Source: Chrysochromulina tobinii (lineage: Eukaryota). Taken from it: DNA of 42,575 nucleotides. This document shows, one piece after another, positions 22,195 through 34,200 of this stretch. Where the stretch lies: the NCBI GenBank assembly GCA_001275005.1, contig JWZX01002845.1:1-42575 (forward strand), given 5' to 3'. Numbering within the stretch: the stretch's first letter is position 1; each line of letters begins with the position of its first letter. The position numbers were made by a program, and so were the translations under genes. The notes below the pieces were generated by a model. The model did no database searches. It worked only from the letters and a program-made list of their open reading frames with translations, and was not told where the DNA came from.

Positions 22195-22642
22195 CGGCCC
22201 GGAGCGCGCCTCCCTTCGTTGCGAAGCGCCCGGTGAATAGGAGGGGCGGAGCGACGCGCGCGAAAAAGTTGCCGCGGCAAGGGGTTTCGTTTCCTGAAAG
22301 GACAAGTCAAGTCAAGTCAAATCCAGCAGACTGCCACTTCTCGCACAGTTACATTGAACGTCAGCTCGATAGGTCGACCAGTGATCGCACCTTTTGTTTC
22401 GTACACCACACTGACTTCCAAAATCGCGCACCCAAATTTGCGCTCAGGCGCAATTACGTCCCTCATCAGGGGCGCCTCCCAGGCGCGCGCCTGCCGCAGC
22501 GCGGCTGGCCCCCCGCTCTGTGGGGAAACGCAAAGGCCTGATTTTCAACGCGCCAACGAAGATGTGGCACCGCTACTTGACGGCCTTTTGGCACCGCTTG
22601 ACGCTCCGGTGGCGGCCGGGCGGCAAGAATGAACGCGCGTCC

Positions 22643-25600
22643 ATGGATGCGCGCGGTCGTCCCTCCGTCGCGGTACAACAACTTGAAGCATCAAACGAAC
22701 AGCCAGACGTCGTATCACAAGACCCAACGAGCGCATCGCATGACGACCTTGAACCATCACAAGTCGAGCCCATTATCATCTGGACAGAGGCGACGACGCG
22801 CCAATGGCTCGAGGAGCACGAAGTGCCCACCGGCTTGTGGGGAGTGGGCAGCGCCAAGTCCGTGGGGCAGCTTTGGGCCGAGGTGAAACACGGAGAGTGT
22901 ACCCTCATTTACGAGGAGGGACGTGCGCTGCGCGAGCTGCGAGTCGTGAAGCTGCGCGTGCTGCATCCGGCGTCGACCCAGCACCTCATCGAGCAGAAGC
23001 AGACGCTGGCCAACGGCGAGGAGCGGATTCGCGGCGACGTTCCCGGCGAGAAGCTGACGCACGGAGAGATGGCGGAGGTGGGCGCCGTGCGTGGCGTGAA
23101 AGAGGAGCTTGGGTGGGAGGTGGTGGGCGATCCTCGGCTGCTGCACACCACCGTCGAAGTGAAGCCAAGCGAGTCGTACCCGGGGCTGATGTCGCGGTAC
23201 ACGTTCTACGAGTACGCTCTCAACGTTCGGGGCCTTACGGAGGAGCATTTCCAGCCGGCGTTCCAGACGGTCGAGGGCGATAAGATTCACCATTGGCAGT
23301 GGCGCGACGCCATCGTCCAACCGTTAGACGGTCTGGTGCTGCGCGACGCCGACGTGCGCCTGATCGAGCGCCTCTTTGAGCGAGCAACGCGCGTGCGTGT
23401 CTCTGCGCTGCACGGCGGCCTCTCAGGCTCGCTCGTGCTTCGCACGCAGGCCTTCTACGGCGATGCACCCGACGAGCCGACCGTGACCAAGCTCGATGTG
23501 GCCGCGACGCTGATGAGCGAGGTCGCGCGCACAAACGCAGCTGCTCGGCTTGGTGTGCCCGTCGCGCGTGTGATCCGTGGGCCCCTGTTCTCCGAGGAGC
23601 AGACGACGCACAGCCTCGCCTTCGTCGAGGCCAAAATCGATGTGCCGCTTCGAGAGCGGCTGCGCGATGGTTCCATTCGGCTGGTGCGGTGCTCGTGGCT
23701 TCGTTCGGCCGAGGCGGACAAGGCGTTCGGTCGCGACAAGAATGGTGCAGTGGTCGTGAGGCGGCGGCAGGAACTGTCGCACGAGGCTTTTGTGCCGGCG
23801 GCCGAGGCGGTCGAGATGCTGCGGCGCGACGACCGCTCGGTCCTCGTGCTGAGCCATGCGTGGCAGACGCCGTTTCACCCGGACCCGCACGGCACGACGC
23901 TCGCGGCCATGCGAAGCTACCTGGACACGGTGGGCGACGCCGATGGCTGCGGGCTCTTTTGGGACTTCTTATCGATCCACCAGAAGCGCAATGCCGAGTA
24001 CGGACGGACGGAAGACGAGGCAGCGGCCTTCCGGCGCGGGCTTGATGTGATGACGTTCTTGTATGCCAGCCTGACAAGCACCACCGTCCTACTTCAGACG
24101 GAAGTGCCGCCGCGGCCCCAGCAGTACGAAGGGCAGCTCACCGTGTGGAATGTGTTTGACGAAGCCGCACTGCGCGAAGAGATGGCGCAGTACGGCACAG
24201 TGGCGGACATCATGGTGAGCGGCAAGACAGCCACGGTCTCCTTCGAGTCGGAGCTCTCGGCGCAGGCGGCACACGCGGCGCTCCAGGAGCGGGCATGCCG
24301 CACGTACAACGAACGCGAGTACAGAGCGCGCGGATGGACATCGATGGAACAGGGCACCGCGCGCGTCGTGGCCGCGCACCTCGCCGCGGCCGAGGCCACG
24401 GCGCGCCTGCCCATGCGCTTCCAGCTGGCACAGCAGAGCCCGGGCCAAGGTCATCGACATCAGCGGCGGCAGGGTGGCGGACGTGGTGCTGGATAGCCCT
24501 GAGCGCGAGCTCGCGAACGCCAAGGCGGCGATTGGGTGCTCCGTGTTCACGGGCAAGGGCGACGAACCCGTAGTCAAGGCGCTCCTCGCCGGCTTCTACT
24601 CGGTTGTGCTCGACGGCCTCGAGCGCTGGGCACGCGAGCCCGCCCTGGCGACACAGGATGAGCGGCGCGGCGCAGTCGTGCTCGAGTTGGCGGGGGCGTG
24701 CTGGCTGATGCCCGAGTTTAGCGAGCAGGCGGGCGACACGCTCATCAGCACGCTCAAGACGCGGGCCACACGCCGGCTCATGTGGCGCCGCGCCAGTCTT
24801 ATGGGGACACTTTTCGGCTCGAATGACGCACCGGACATTGCCAGCGCCATCCATGCGCTCTTTGGGCCGGGCGGCCCGATCAGCACGCTCGCGCTGCGCT
24901 CAGTGCGCCGCGCGCCACCCGGCCAGTACTTTGGGAGCTGGCGCACCGAGCTGGCGGCGCGTGCTGTGGCGGTAGTCGTGCACCCCGACGACAGGGCCTC
25001 ACCGCTCGCGACGGCGCTGCGCGACGCCGCACGCGACGCAGCGTGGCTCGAGGAGAAGCACGCGGCTCGGTACGCCGACAGCTTTGTGCACGAGCTCGAG
25101 CCTGCGGAGCGCGTGGCTGCTCAGACGTGGTGCGACGAGCTGCTCGCGCTGCTCGAGCGGCTGCGGGACGTGCCGTGGGCAGCGAGATGGGCGCCGCTGC
25201 AGGTGCAGGTTCACGGCGACCTCAACCTGGCCAATGTGCTCCTCGACAAGCAGGACGAGCTTTGGCTCATCGACTTTGCCAAGGCGAGCGTCGGCAGCGT
25301 GGCCGACGACGCAGCCTTCTTCATCTCGCGGCTGCTCTTCCAGCACGCCCCCATCCCACCGACGCTCGACGATGTGCGCACGGCCGTGCTCGAGGTCGAT
25401 GGCGCGCCACGGCCCAATCTGCTCGTCGACGTGCTCGGGCTGAGTGCTGCCGAGGCAGAGCAGCTGCAGATCCCGGCCCGCGCCGGCGGCTCCTTGCCGA
25501 CGACGCGCCTGCACGGCCATAAGGTCAACGAGTGGCTGGGCGACGACCACGCGGCGGACGCGGTACTGCGCGAGATGGAGCAGGTGGTCGACGCGCTCTT

Positions 25601-28600
25601 CGGCTGCGACGACCCGTGGGCCCCAGAGCGGCCCAAGAAGGCAGCATCCAGCTGGTCGACGGGCGTGCGCGAAGTCTTCGAGCTGTGCGCCGCCGTGGCC
25701 ACGCGCACCCGAAGGCTCTGCGCGCGGTGCTGCGCGACGGCTGGCGCGGAGTCGGCGAACGCAGTGGCGGACGACGCCCACCCGTCGCTGCTGCTGCTGC
25801 CACTCCTTGGCTGCGCGCTCACATCCCTGCGCTATCCGCAGCTCTCGCGCCGGCACAAGCGGCTCGCGTGGCACGCCGTGCGCCAGCTCTCCACGGCGCT
25901 TCAACGCCACTTGGCGAAAGCCGTGATGGTTCCGGGCATGCGTGCGCTCCCTCCACCCACTGCTGGACTGCCATGGGCTGTTGGCCAGCCCGTCGTGGTG
26001 ACGCGCAGCCTGATCGACGGCGGCGAAGGCGATGTGCGCCTGGACTTTGTCGCGTCAGGCGGGCAGCTTGAGCACCAGAGCGAGTCGGATGTGTTCTGTG
26101 AGGTCGTGCTGCCATGGCGCATGGGCGCGGAGGGGGGGGTGGCCCTCGAAGACGCGTGGCGCGCACGGGTGGACGTGGCGACGCTCAGAGCGGCGATGCC
26201 TTTTGATGCCGAATTAGCATCCGCCGAAACAGCATCTACCGCGCTGCGCGCCGTCGCTGTGGCAAGTGATGCCGCGCGCCGCGCGGTGGCAGCGGCGGCA
26301 ACGGCGCTCGACTCATTGGTCGCCGAACGACGACGCGACGAGCGTGGCGGCGATGAGAGAGTAGAAAGGGCTCTGCAGGAAGCGGCGCGGGCTCGTGCGA
26401 TCCTGGACGCTCTCTGGCGCCACGATGTCGACCGCGAGTGCGTGGCCGCGTGGCGTGCGACCGGCGTGGCGGGTGGCCGCACGTATGCATCGGGCACGCT
26501 GCTGACGGCCACAGTCGATGGACGTCGATGGCGCGACGCGCGCGTCGAGGAGGGCGCCGACGGTGGTGGCACCCACCGCCTGGTCTGGCTTGACGACGAC
26601 TCGCCTGCACAGCAGGTGGCGCTCCACCCGTGGAATCATGGGTTGCGCGAGCTGCCCGCAGACGACCACGACGCGGCGCGACGACAGTATGAGCGCACGC
26701 TGCGCATGGCACATGCCGCAATCGTCGACGCTCTCTCGGGCAAGCGGCTCGACGTGCGTGAGCAGTGCGTGCCCCTCGCCGTCGCCACGGGTGAGGCCAA
26801 GGAGCGCTTTGGCGAGGTGGATGCCCTTGCGGCCACGCTGCTCGCCCTCCACCGTGGTCGATGCGAAGAGGGCGTCGCCGAGAAGCGTGGGTGCGTGCTG
26901 CTCACCGGCCCGCCGGCAGCAGGCAAGACGTGCCTGATCTCGCAGCTCGTGACACACGTGCTTGACGACCCGGATCGACGGCTCGTCCCCGTGCTCGTGC
27001 GCGTGCAGCTGCTGCAGCGGCTGCTGCTCCTCGAGGAGCATCGAGACACCTTTGCCACCGCGTGGAACTGGGTCGACGCATACCTGCGCTGCGTGCACGG
27101 CTCCGACGCAGATGCGTACCGCATGCTGCGCGGCGCGATGCGCGCGCGACGCGCGCTGCTGCTGCTCGATGGCATGGACGAGGGCGGCCGAATGCGAACG
27201 GCCATCGAGCGGCACGTGACGGAGGTGCTCGCGCCACAGGGACACGTGCTGCTGGTCACGTCGCGCCCCGATGGGCTCGACAGGACGTGCTTTCAGGAGC
27301 ACTTTCTGGCGCTCGAGCTGCGGCCACTCGACGAGACCCAGCAGCACATCGTTGTCGAGCGGCGCGTGGGAAGGGCGCTCGGCGAGGCGCTGTGGCGTGA
27401 GATTGCGGCGACCGCGCCACGCGACGAGCACAATGAGCTCGTAACGAGCAATCCACTGGTATGTACACAGCAGCAGCAGCGCCCGCGCATCACAGCCGCG
27501 CCGCGTCGCACCGTCTCACCTCCACTCTCTCCTTGCCCCACCCTTGTTTCGCGCGCGCACAGATGCTGAGCATGGTGATCTCGCTGTACGAGGCGCGAGG
27601 CGCGCTGCCGCGCAACATTGCGGAGCTCTACGCGGCCGCATCGCGCGCGATGCTCGAGGGGGCTGAGCGCAAGGAGCGGGGCGCAGCGGGGGTGGAGCAC
27701 GTGAGGAGTATCATCCAGGCCATCTTCTTCGAGGCGCACGTGGCAGGCCGGCGGATCATCGAAGAGGATCAGATGCTTGCGGCGGCGGTGGGGCTGCACG
27801 CGAGCGCCGCCGACCGCCTTGCTGCGATCCGCTGGCCAGCACATGCAGGCAAGCCAGTCGTGGGCGAGTATGCAGAGGTGCGGCATGGGGCACACGCAGG
27901 CAGGCGTGGCGAGGTCAGCAAAGCCGGCAATGGCTATCGTGAATACGAGGTCAAGTTTGAGGATGGCACCACTGCCGACAGACTCGGAGCCGAGGACCTC
28001 GCGTCGTCGGGCATGCGCAGGGCCGAATTTGACGCGGCCTACCACCGAAAGCTGTGCGAGGCGCACGATGCGCTGACCGTCGAGCTGCGCGAGGCGTTCG
28101 ATGTTGTGCGCGAGCGCGTGGGGCGCGGCCGCCTGCCGCTGCTGAGCCTGCTGCAGGCCAATCCGCTCCACCTGCAGGCGTCCCACTTGTCCTTCCAGGA
28201 GTATCACATGTGTGCTCTGTGCTGGCGCGCCGCTGCCCGCTGGCGCGCTGCCGTGGCAGTGGACGGCGTGGTGGGCGAATGTGCTGCGTATCGGCGAGGC
28301 GCAGGGCGCCGCGTTCCGCGCCGGCCTGCTGCGCGCAGCCGGGGTGGGCGAGTCGCTGAAGCTCGAGAGTCAACTCGCAAAAGGGCCGACGGCCCTGCGC
28401 GCCGTGCTGCTGCTGGCTGAGAAGGTCTCGCACCTAGACTTGAGAGAGAATGATCTCGGCGCGACAGGTGCGGCAGAGGTGGCTGGGGCTTTGGCCGTCA
28501 TGGCGGTGGTGACCGAGCTCGATCTCGTGGCCAACGAGATCGGGGATGAGGGTGCCATCGCGATCGCGGAGGCGCTGAAGGTCAACGCGGTGTTGACAAC

Positions 28601-29366
28601 CCTCTTCCTCGGCGTCAACAACATCGGGGTCGATGGTGCCAAGGCGATCGCGGAGGCGCTGAAGGTCAACGCGGTGGTGACCACCCTCGTCCTCGGAGGC
28701 AACTTCATCGGGGATGAGGGTGCCATCGCGATCGCGGAGGCGCTGAAGGTCAATGCGGTGATGACCACCCTGCACCTGGCCATGAACCAGATTGGTGCGG
28801 AGGGTGCCATCGCGATCGCGGAGGCGCTGAAGGTCAACGCGGTCGTGACCAAGCTCGAGTTGTACGGCAACAAGATCGGCGACGACGGTGCCAAGGCGAT
28901 CGCGGAGGCGCTGAAGGTCAACGCGGTCCTGACCAAGCTGGACTTGGACGACAACGAAATCGGACCAGAGGGAGCCATCGCGATCGCGGAAGCGCTTAAG
29001 GTCAACGCGGTCCTGACCACTCTGGGCCTGAACTACAACAGAATCCGTCCAGAGGGAGCCATCGCGATCGCGGAGGCGCTGAAGGTCAACGCGGTCCTGA
29101 CCGTCCTGTACTTGGGTGACAACAACATCGGCGTTGGCGGTGCCAAGGCGATCGCAGAGGCGTTGAAGGTCAATGCGGTCCTGACCACCCTGCGCCTGGA
29201 CAACAACAGTATCGGTGCAGAGGGTGCCAAGGCGATCGCGGAGGCACTCAAGGTCAACGCGGTCCTGACCGAACTGGACATCCGGGCCAACAACATGGGA
29301 GATGCAGGAAAAAAAGCGGTGCGAGACGCGGTGAAGGACCGGAGTGGATTTGAGTTGGAGCTGTAG
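22643..29366 (+). CDS. Giant NLR-like gene: NUDIX-like, APH-type kinase with nested HET-like/RRM, NACHT, KOW-like, RI-type LRR; two frameshifts (~24440, ~28210) and an intron at 27459-27562; possibly a pseudogene
   Basis: EK...GE....GAVRGVKEELG; LHGGLSGS.V and VTKLD; SHAW..P.HPDP.G, LFWDF.S.HQ and RGWT..E; VHGDLN.ANV and LIDFA; GPPAAGKT, LLLLDGMDE, NPL|ML and HLSFQEY; 28-aa LRRs. The start ATG is uncertain (22562 or 22643). Confidence 0.85.
28425..29348 (+). repeat. Array of 11 x 84-bp (28-aa) leucine-rich repeats
   Basis: Consensus xTxLxLxxNxIGxxGAxAIAEALKVNAV; AIAEALKVNAV occurs 9 times identically. Confidence 0.97.
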
Positions 29367-29741
29367 AAAATGATTGTGCAAGCACTGTGAACATGTGTGG
29401 ATCGCTGTTTTGGGTTCTATGAAGGTATTTCCTAATTTGGAAGCTGCCTTAAAAGGCGTTTTCAATAGGGTGCTGAAAAATTTACGCAAAGCGAGCGCTG
29501 TTCACGAGGAATTTGGACGGACTTCGTTTTAAGCTACCGGTAAGGGTGCGCGCATTTTGCTTTCGCGGTGCTCCGCGATGGCGAGCTTCCAGACATCAGC
29601 ACACACGAAGGTCCTCATGCCTTCCGTCCAAACATTCGAATGTCGTCGACGACACCAGGGGCGCCCTCCAATAGCCCTCCAAGCCGCTTCCAAACCCTGA
29701 CTCGCGATCCGAGCTGTGCGACGGCTGGCGCCCTAAGCACG

Positions 29742-29847
29742 GCACGACGGCCGTGCCCGACTTGAGGAGTCGGCGATGGCCTTGGCGCCGTCGTCGCCGA
29801 TGCTGTTGTCTGTTGCAGCCCAACTCCAAGTTGGTCAAGTACACCGC
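29742..29847 (-). pseudogene. Decayed solitary LRR unit in inverted orientation
   Basis: The minus strand reads AV/LTNLELGCN/DNSIGDDGAKAIAD/LKSGTAVV across 2-3 small indels. Confidence 0.8.
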
Positions 29848-30904
29848 CGCCCGCGAGTGCTGGCTCGGTGGCTGTGCGTACCAGCCCGCTCACCCGGTGC
29901 TCCAAGCTCCAACTTCTCGGGTCAGGGTCTAATTGCAACCACAACCAGAATGGCTGCAGGACTACAACCTGACTACATCCAGACGTAGAACAGCGCTACT
30001 CTAGCGCGCTACTTCAGCGCGGGTACAACAAGGACTACAACCAGACGGAGGCCACAGTCCTGCGGAGGGGACGGCATTGCGCCTCATCGCAAGACGCAAG
30101 ACTCCGCCCCGCGGACCTACAGGTCAGCGCTCCTGAAAAGCTGCAGCACATTTTGTCGAGTGTGCTAAATTTCGTCATACTTTCGACCTGGAGTTCATTT
30201 GCTTGCCAAGATCGGCAAGGAGAAGGTTGGAGAAGGTCATCTACTTTGCCGCGGCTCGTAGTCGTGCATCGAAATACGAAAACGACCAGAACGTTCTGGC
30301 GCGGAGTTGGCCTTGTGTACGGTATTAGCGAGCTAGCGACGGCGGAAGTGTACTGCGGGGTCTCACTGTCGACTGTCCGTCTGTGTGTGCCTAATATGTG
30401 TCTAATCTCCTCAAAACACAAAAGACGTGTTGTACTCAGTGAGTCAGAACTCAGTGTGAAACTAAGCAAAGAGAGCAGGCGCGCGCGCGCGCGCCGGGCG
30501 CAACGGCCAACGCGAGCCCCGCGAGCGCTCGCACACGGTCACCGGGCACACGGCCACAGGGCACACACGCACGCGTCTCCATGTGAAACACAGACCGCGA
30601 GTCGTACTAAGTCCGCGCGCCGAGTGTGTCGCTTGGAATGCCAGAAAACGCCCGGCCCGCACCCTCAGTCCGTGTTGCGCCCATTGAGCATTGAGCATTG
30701 CACTGTCTTGTAGCAGAGATCATCTACAGTACACGATCGTCTTGCGCTTGGCCGCTCGCGGCAAAGCTGGAAGCTCGCGTCTGCGGCTCGTTCCGTCGTT
30801 GCCACGGTGGCACCTGCATCCAACAACTCTCCGTCCGTCTTGTCCGTCCGTCCGTCCATCAGTCTCGGCAGTGCGTCGCCTCTCTGACGCCATCCTTTGG
30901 TTTG

Positions 30905-31214
30905 GAGCATAGCGCCCCCTCGTGTCGCGACCCTTCCGCCCAAGACCGCGTGCCCAAGACAGCGCGCCCAATACAGCGCATCCAACACAGCGCGTCCAAG
31001 ACAGCGCCCCATCGTGTCGCGACCCTCCCGCCTCAAAGGTATAGCTGCCTCGATCCGCGCTGTTCTGAGCGCTGCAAGCTCCCCCCGCCCCCGTCTGATG
31101 CCCCGCAAGCGCCTCACACACCTTTCGTCGAGCGGTAGAGCTCGCCGCCCAAGACAGTGCGCCCAAGACAGCGCGCCTCACACACCTTTCGTCGAGCGGT
31201 AGAGCTCGCCGCCC
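30905..31214. repeat. Patchwork of cccaagacagcgcg-like repeats plus a 42-bp duplication of the glutamate-synthase-like gene end
   Basis: (c)caagac(a)gcgc recurs 5-6 times; 31109-31150 equals 31173-31214. Confidence 0.8.
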
Positions 31215-34200
31215 TGCTTCCACCAAAGGGCGAGCTGCTCGGGCACCCCGGGCATCGCGCTATCGAGCAGCACCCCTGGTGTCTCGAGCGCGGGGAAGTT
31301 CTCCGAATGCAACTTCGAAAAGGGTACCGTGTGCATGCCTGAGACGCGAGGGCGCGCAATCAGCGGTCATCAGTGGTCTCACTGGTCCTCAGAGGCCATC
31401 GGAGGTCATCAGAGGGATTTCCAGCATGCATGCAGTCACGAAGGTACAGGTGCTCGCCGGATTAGGAAAGTGCATGCATGCAATCAAGACGGTACAGGTG
31501 CTCGCCGGATTAGGAAAGTGCATGCATGCAGTCCAGGTGCTCGCCGGATTAGGAAAGTGCATGCATGCAGTCCAGGTGCTCGCCGGATGAGGGCTACGGA
31601 AAGTGTCAGGGTTGGGGTGAGCGCATGCCTGAGTCGCGTCGGTACAGGTGCTTGCCCGAGACCATGGAGGGGCTCTCAACGCCCAGAGCTCCCACAATCT
31701 CGAGCGCGGCCTTGACGGTGGCGCGATGCAGGTTGGCCACCTGATGAGGGAGGCAATCCGAGGTCATCAAAGGCAATCAGAGGCAATCAAGAGACAATCA
31801 GAGGTCATCTTGAGCTCGGCCACCTGATGAGGGAGGCCATCGGTGGATGAGGGAGGCAATCACATGATGAGGGAGGCAATCACACGATGAGGGAGCCAAT
31901 CTGCCTGATGAGGGAGGCAATCCGACTGATGAGTGAGGCAATCCGTCGTCAAGAACAGTCGTCAAACCGCCGCGGCAAGCAGTGGATCATCAGTGGTCAT
32001 CAGTCAGCGTTGTCGCTCGTCATCAATGGCCATCAGTCAGCGTCGTCACTCGTCGTCTCTCGTCGCTACTCACCCGCTCACTCTTGCTTGCGACGTCGAG
32101 ACCAGACTCGAGACGAGGGTCCTGCGTAGTGATGCCGGTCGGGCACTTGTTGCTGGGGCAGGGTGGGAAGGAGTGTCAGTGGAAAGCCAATATCCGTGCC
32201 ACTCCATGTCACCCCATGCCAGCCCATGCGAATCACCTGTTGCACTGAAGAGCCTGGATGCACCCGAGGCCAAACATGAAGGCCCGCGCGGCGTTCACCA
32301 CGTCGGCGCCGTGCGCGAGCGTGCGCACGAGGCTGAAGCCGTCGTACACCTTGCCACTGGCGATCAGCTTCACTTCCTTCCGAAGCCCCGCACCAGTCAG
32401 CAGCGAGTTGACGAGACGCAGTCCTTCAGCAAGGGGGAACCCGATGGAGTTTTGGAACTCTAGAGGCGCGGCGCCGGTGCCGCCCTCGGCGCCATCGATC
32501 GTGATGAAGTCCGGCGTGATACCGGTGTCCAGCATGGCATGCACTAGTGCGGCCACCTCCGCGGGCTGCCCCACGCACATCTTCATGCCGACGGGCTTGC
32601 CACCGGAGAGCTCGCGCAGCTGGTCACAAGGCATGATGAGAGAGGCAATTAGGGAGGTGAGAGCTCGCGCAGCTGGTCACAAGGCATGGGGTGCCGCCAT
32701 CCTCAGAGGTCATCCGAGGGCCACCCGAGGGCCATCCGATGGTCATGCGAGCGAGGTGCGACGCAACGCAATCACCTGAGGGAGGTGCGACGCAAGCAAT
32801 CGCAATCGACTGCAACCATGCGCAATCGATCGCAATCATGCGCGATCACTCGCAATCCATCGCAATCAGAGCCCATCCATCCCATCCATCGCATGCACCT
32901 TGGCGATGAATTGGAGGCATCCAAAGACCGAATTGAACGCCGAGTGGCTCGCGGGCGAGTTGCAGTCCGAATAGGGAGGCTCGCCTAGCCCGCGCGCCTC
33001 GGCGATCACAGCCGTGATCTTGGCCGCCGTCAGCAGGCCGCCATGGCCTGGCTTGGCTCCCTGCAAGAGAGGTTAGGGACTCATTAGGGACTCATTAGGG
33101 ACTCATTAGGGACTCATTAGGGACTCATTAGGGACTCATTAGGGACTGGCTTGGCTCCCATCAATGGCAACCCATGGCAACCCATGGCAATCAATGGCAA
33201 TCAATGGCAATCACCTGCGAGAGCTTGAGCTCGATCATCTTCACTTGGGGGAGCGCCGCGTTCGCTTTGAAGAGCTCCTCGTCGAATCGACGCACCTGCA
33301 TGCAATCAGGGTCCAGCAGGGTCGCTCAAGCGCACTCAGGAGCACTCGGGTGCGCTCAAGCGCACTCAAGCGCACTCAAGCGCACGCAAGCGCACGCAAG
33401 CGCACTCAAGCGCACGCAAGCGCACGCAAGCGCACGCAAGCGCACAAAAAGGCCATCCGGCGCAATCAGGGTCATCAGGCCCCATCTCAGTCGCCCTCCG
33501 AAGCCATCGACGCACTCCGTCCTTGTCCGTGTACCCGCATGCAAAGTAGCCAGTGCCCACGTTCCACACGATGTCGCCGCCGAGCTTGTGGAAGCGCGAG
33601 ATGCCGCCCTCGCCTGTGTTGTGATAGCACCCGGCGATCTGGGCTCCCAGATTGAGAGCCGAGACGGCGTTGCCCGAGAGCGCGCCGTAGCTCATCGCCG
33701 ACACGTTGAAGAGCGAGGCCGAGTACGGCTGCTTGCACAGCTTGCCTCCAATGGTCACGCGCCCGGCCACCGCGGGGTCGAGGTGCTTGGGGAACATCGA
33801 GTGGGCCGCCCACTCATGTCCCTCGAGGTACACGTTGCGCTTGGTGCCGAAGGCCGTCGTGTCGGGTAGACCCTTGGAGCGGTTGTACACGAGCGTGCGC
33901 GCCTCCCGCGAGAAGGGCGCGGCGATGTTGTCGCTCTCGATCAGGTACTGCTGGATCTCGGGCCGGATCGACTCGAGAAAGTACCGAATGTGGATGAGCA
34001 CCGGGAAGTTGCGCCGCAGCGCCTGATGCTTCTGCTGCAAATCGCTCAAGCCGAGCGACCAGTAGCCGGCGGTCAAGGCAGCCAAGAGCGGTGGCACCAG
34101 CACATTCATCTCGTGCACGTATGTTAGCACCGCGGACGTTGCGGTGAGCCCGATCAGACCGTATCCACCCTTGTAGAAGTGTGCCGGAGTCCAGAGGTGG

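Noticed and set aside
28500..29270. Regularly spaced identical ~33-bp blocks with variable spacers, resembling a CRISPR array
   Set aside because: The period is exactly 84 bp and in frame, encoding LRRs; the context is eukaryotic with no cas genes.
33073..33146. ttaggg-containing array suggesting interstitial telomere repeats
   Set aside because: The unit is the 11-mer tagggactcat, not tandem TTAGGG, and it lies within an intron like the other arrays.
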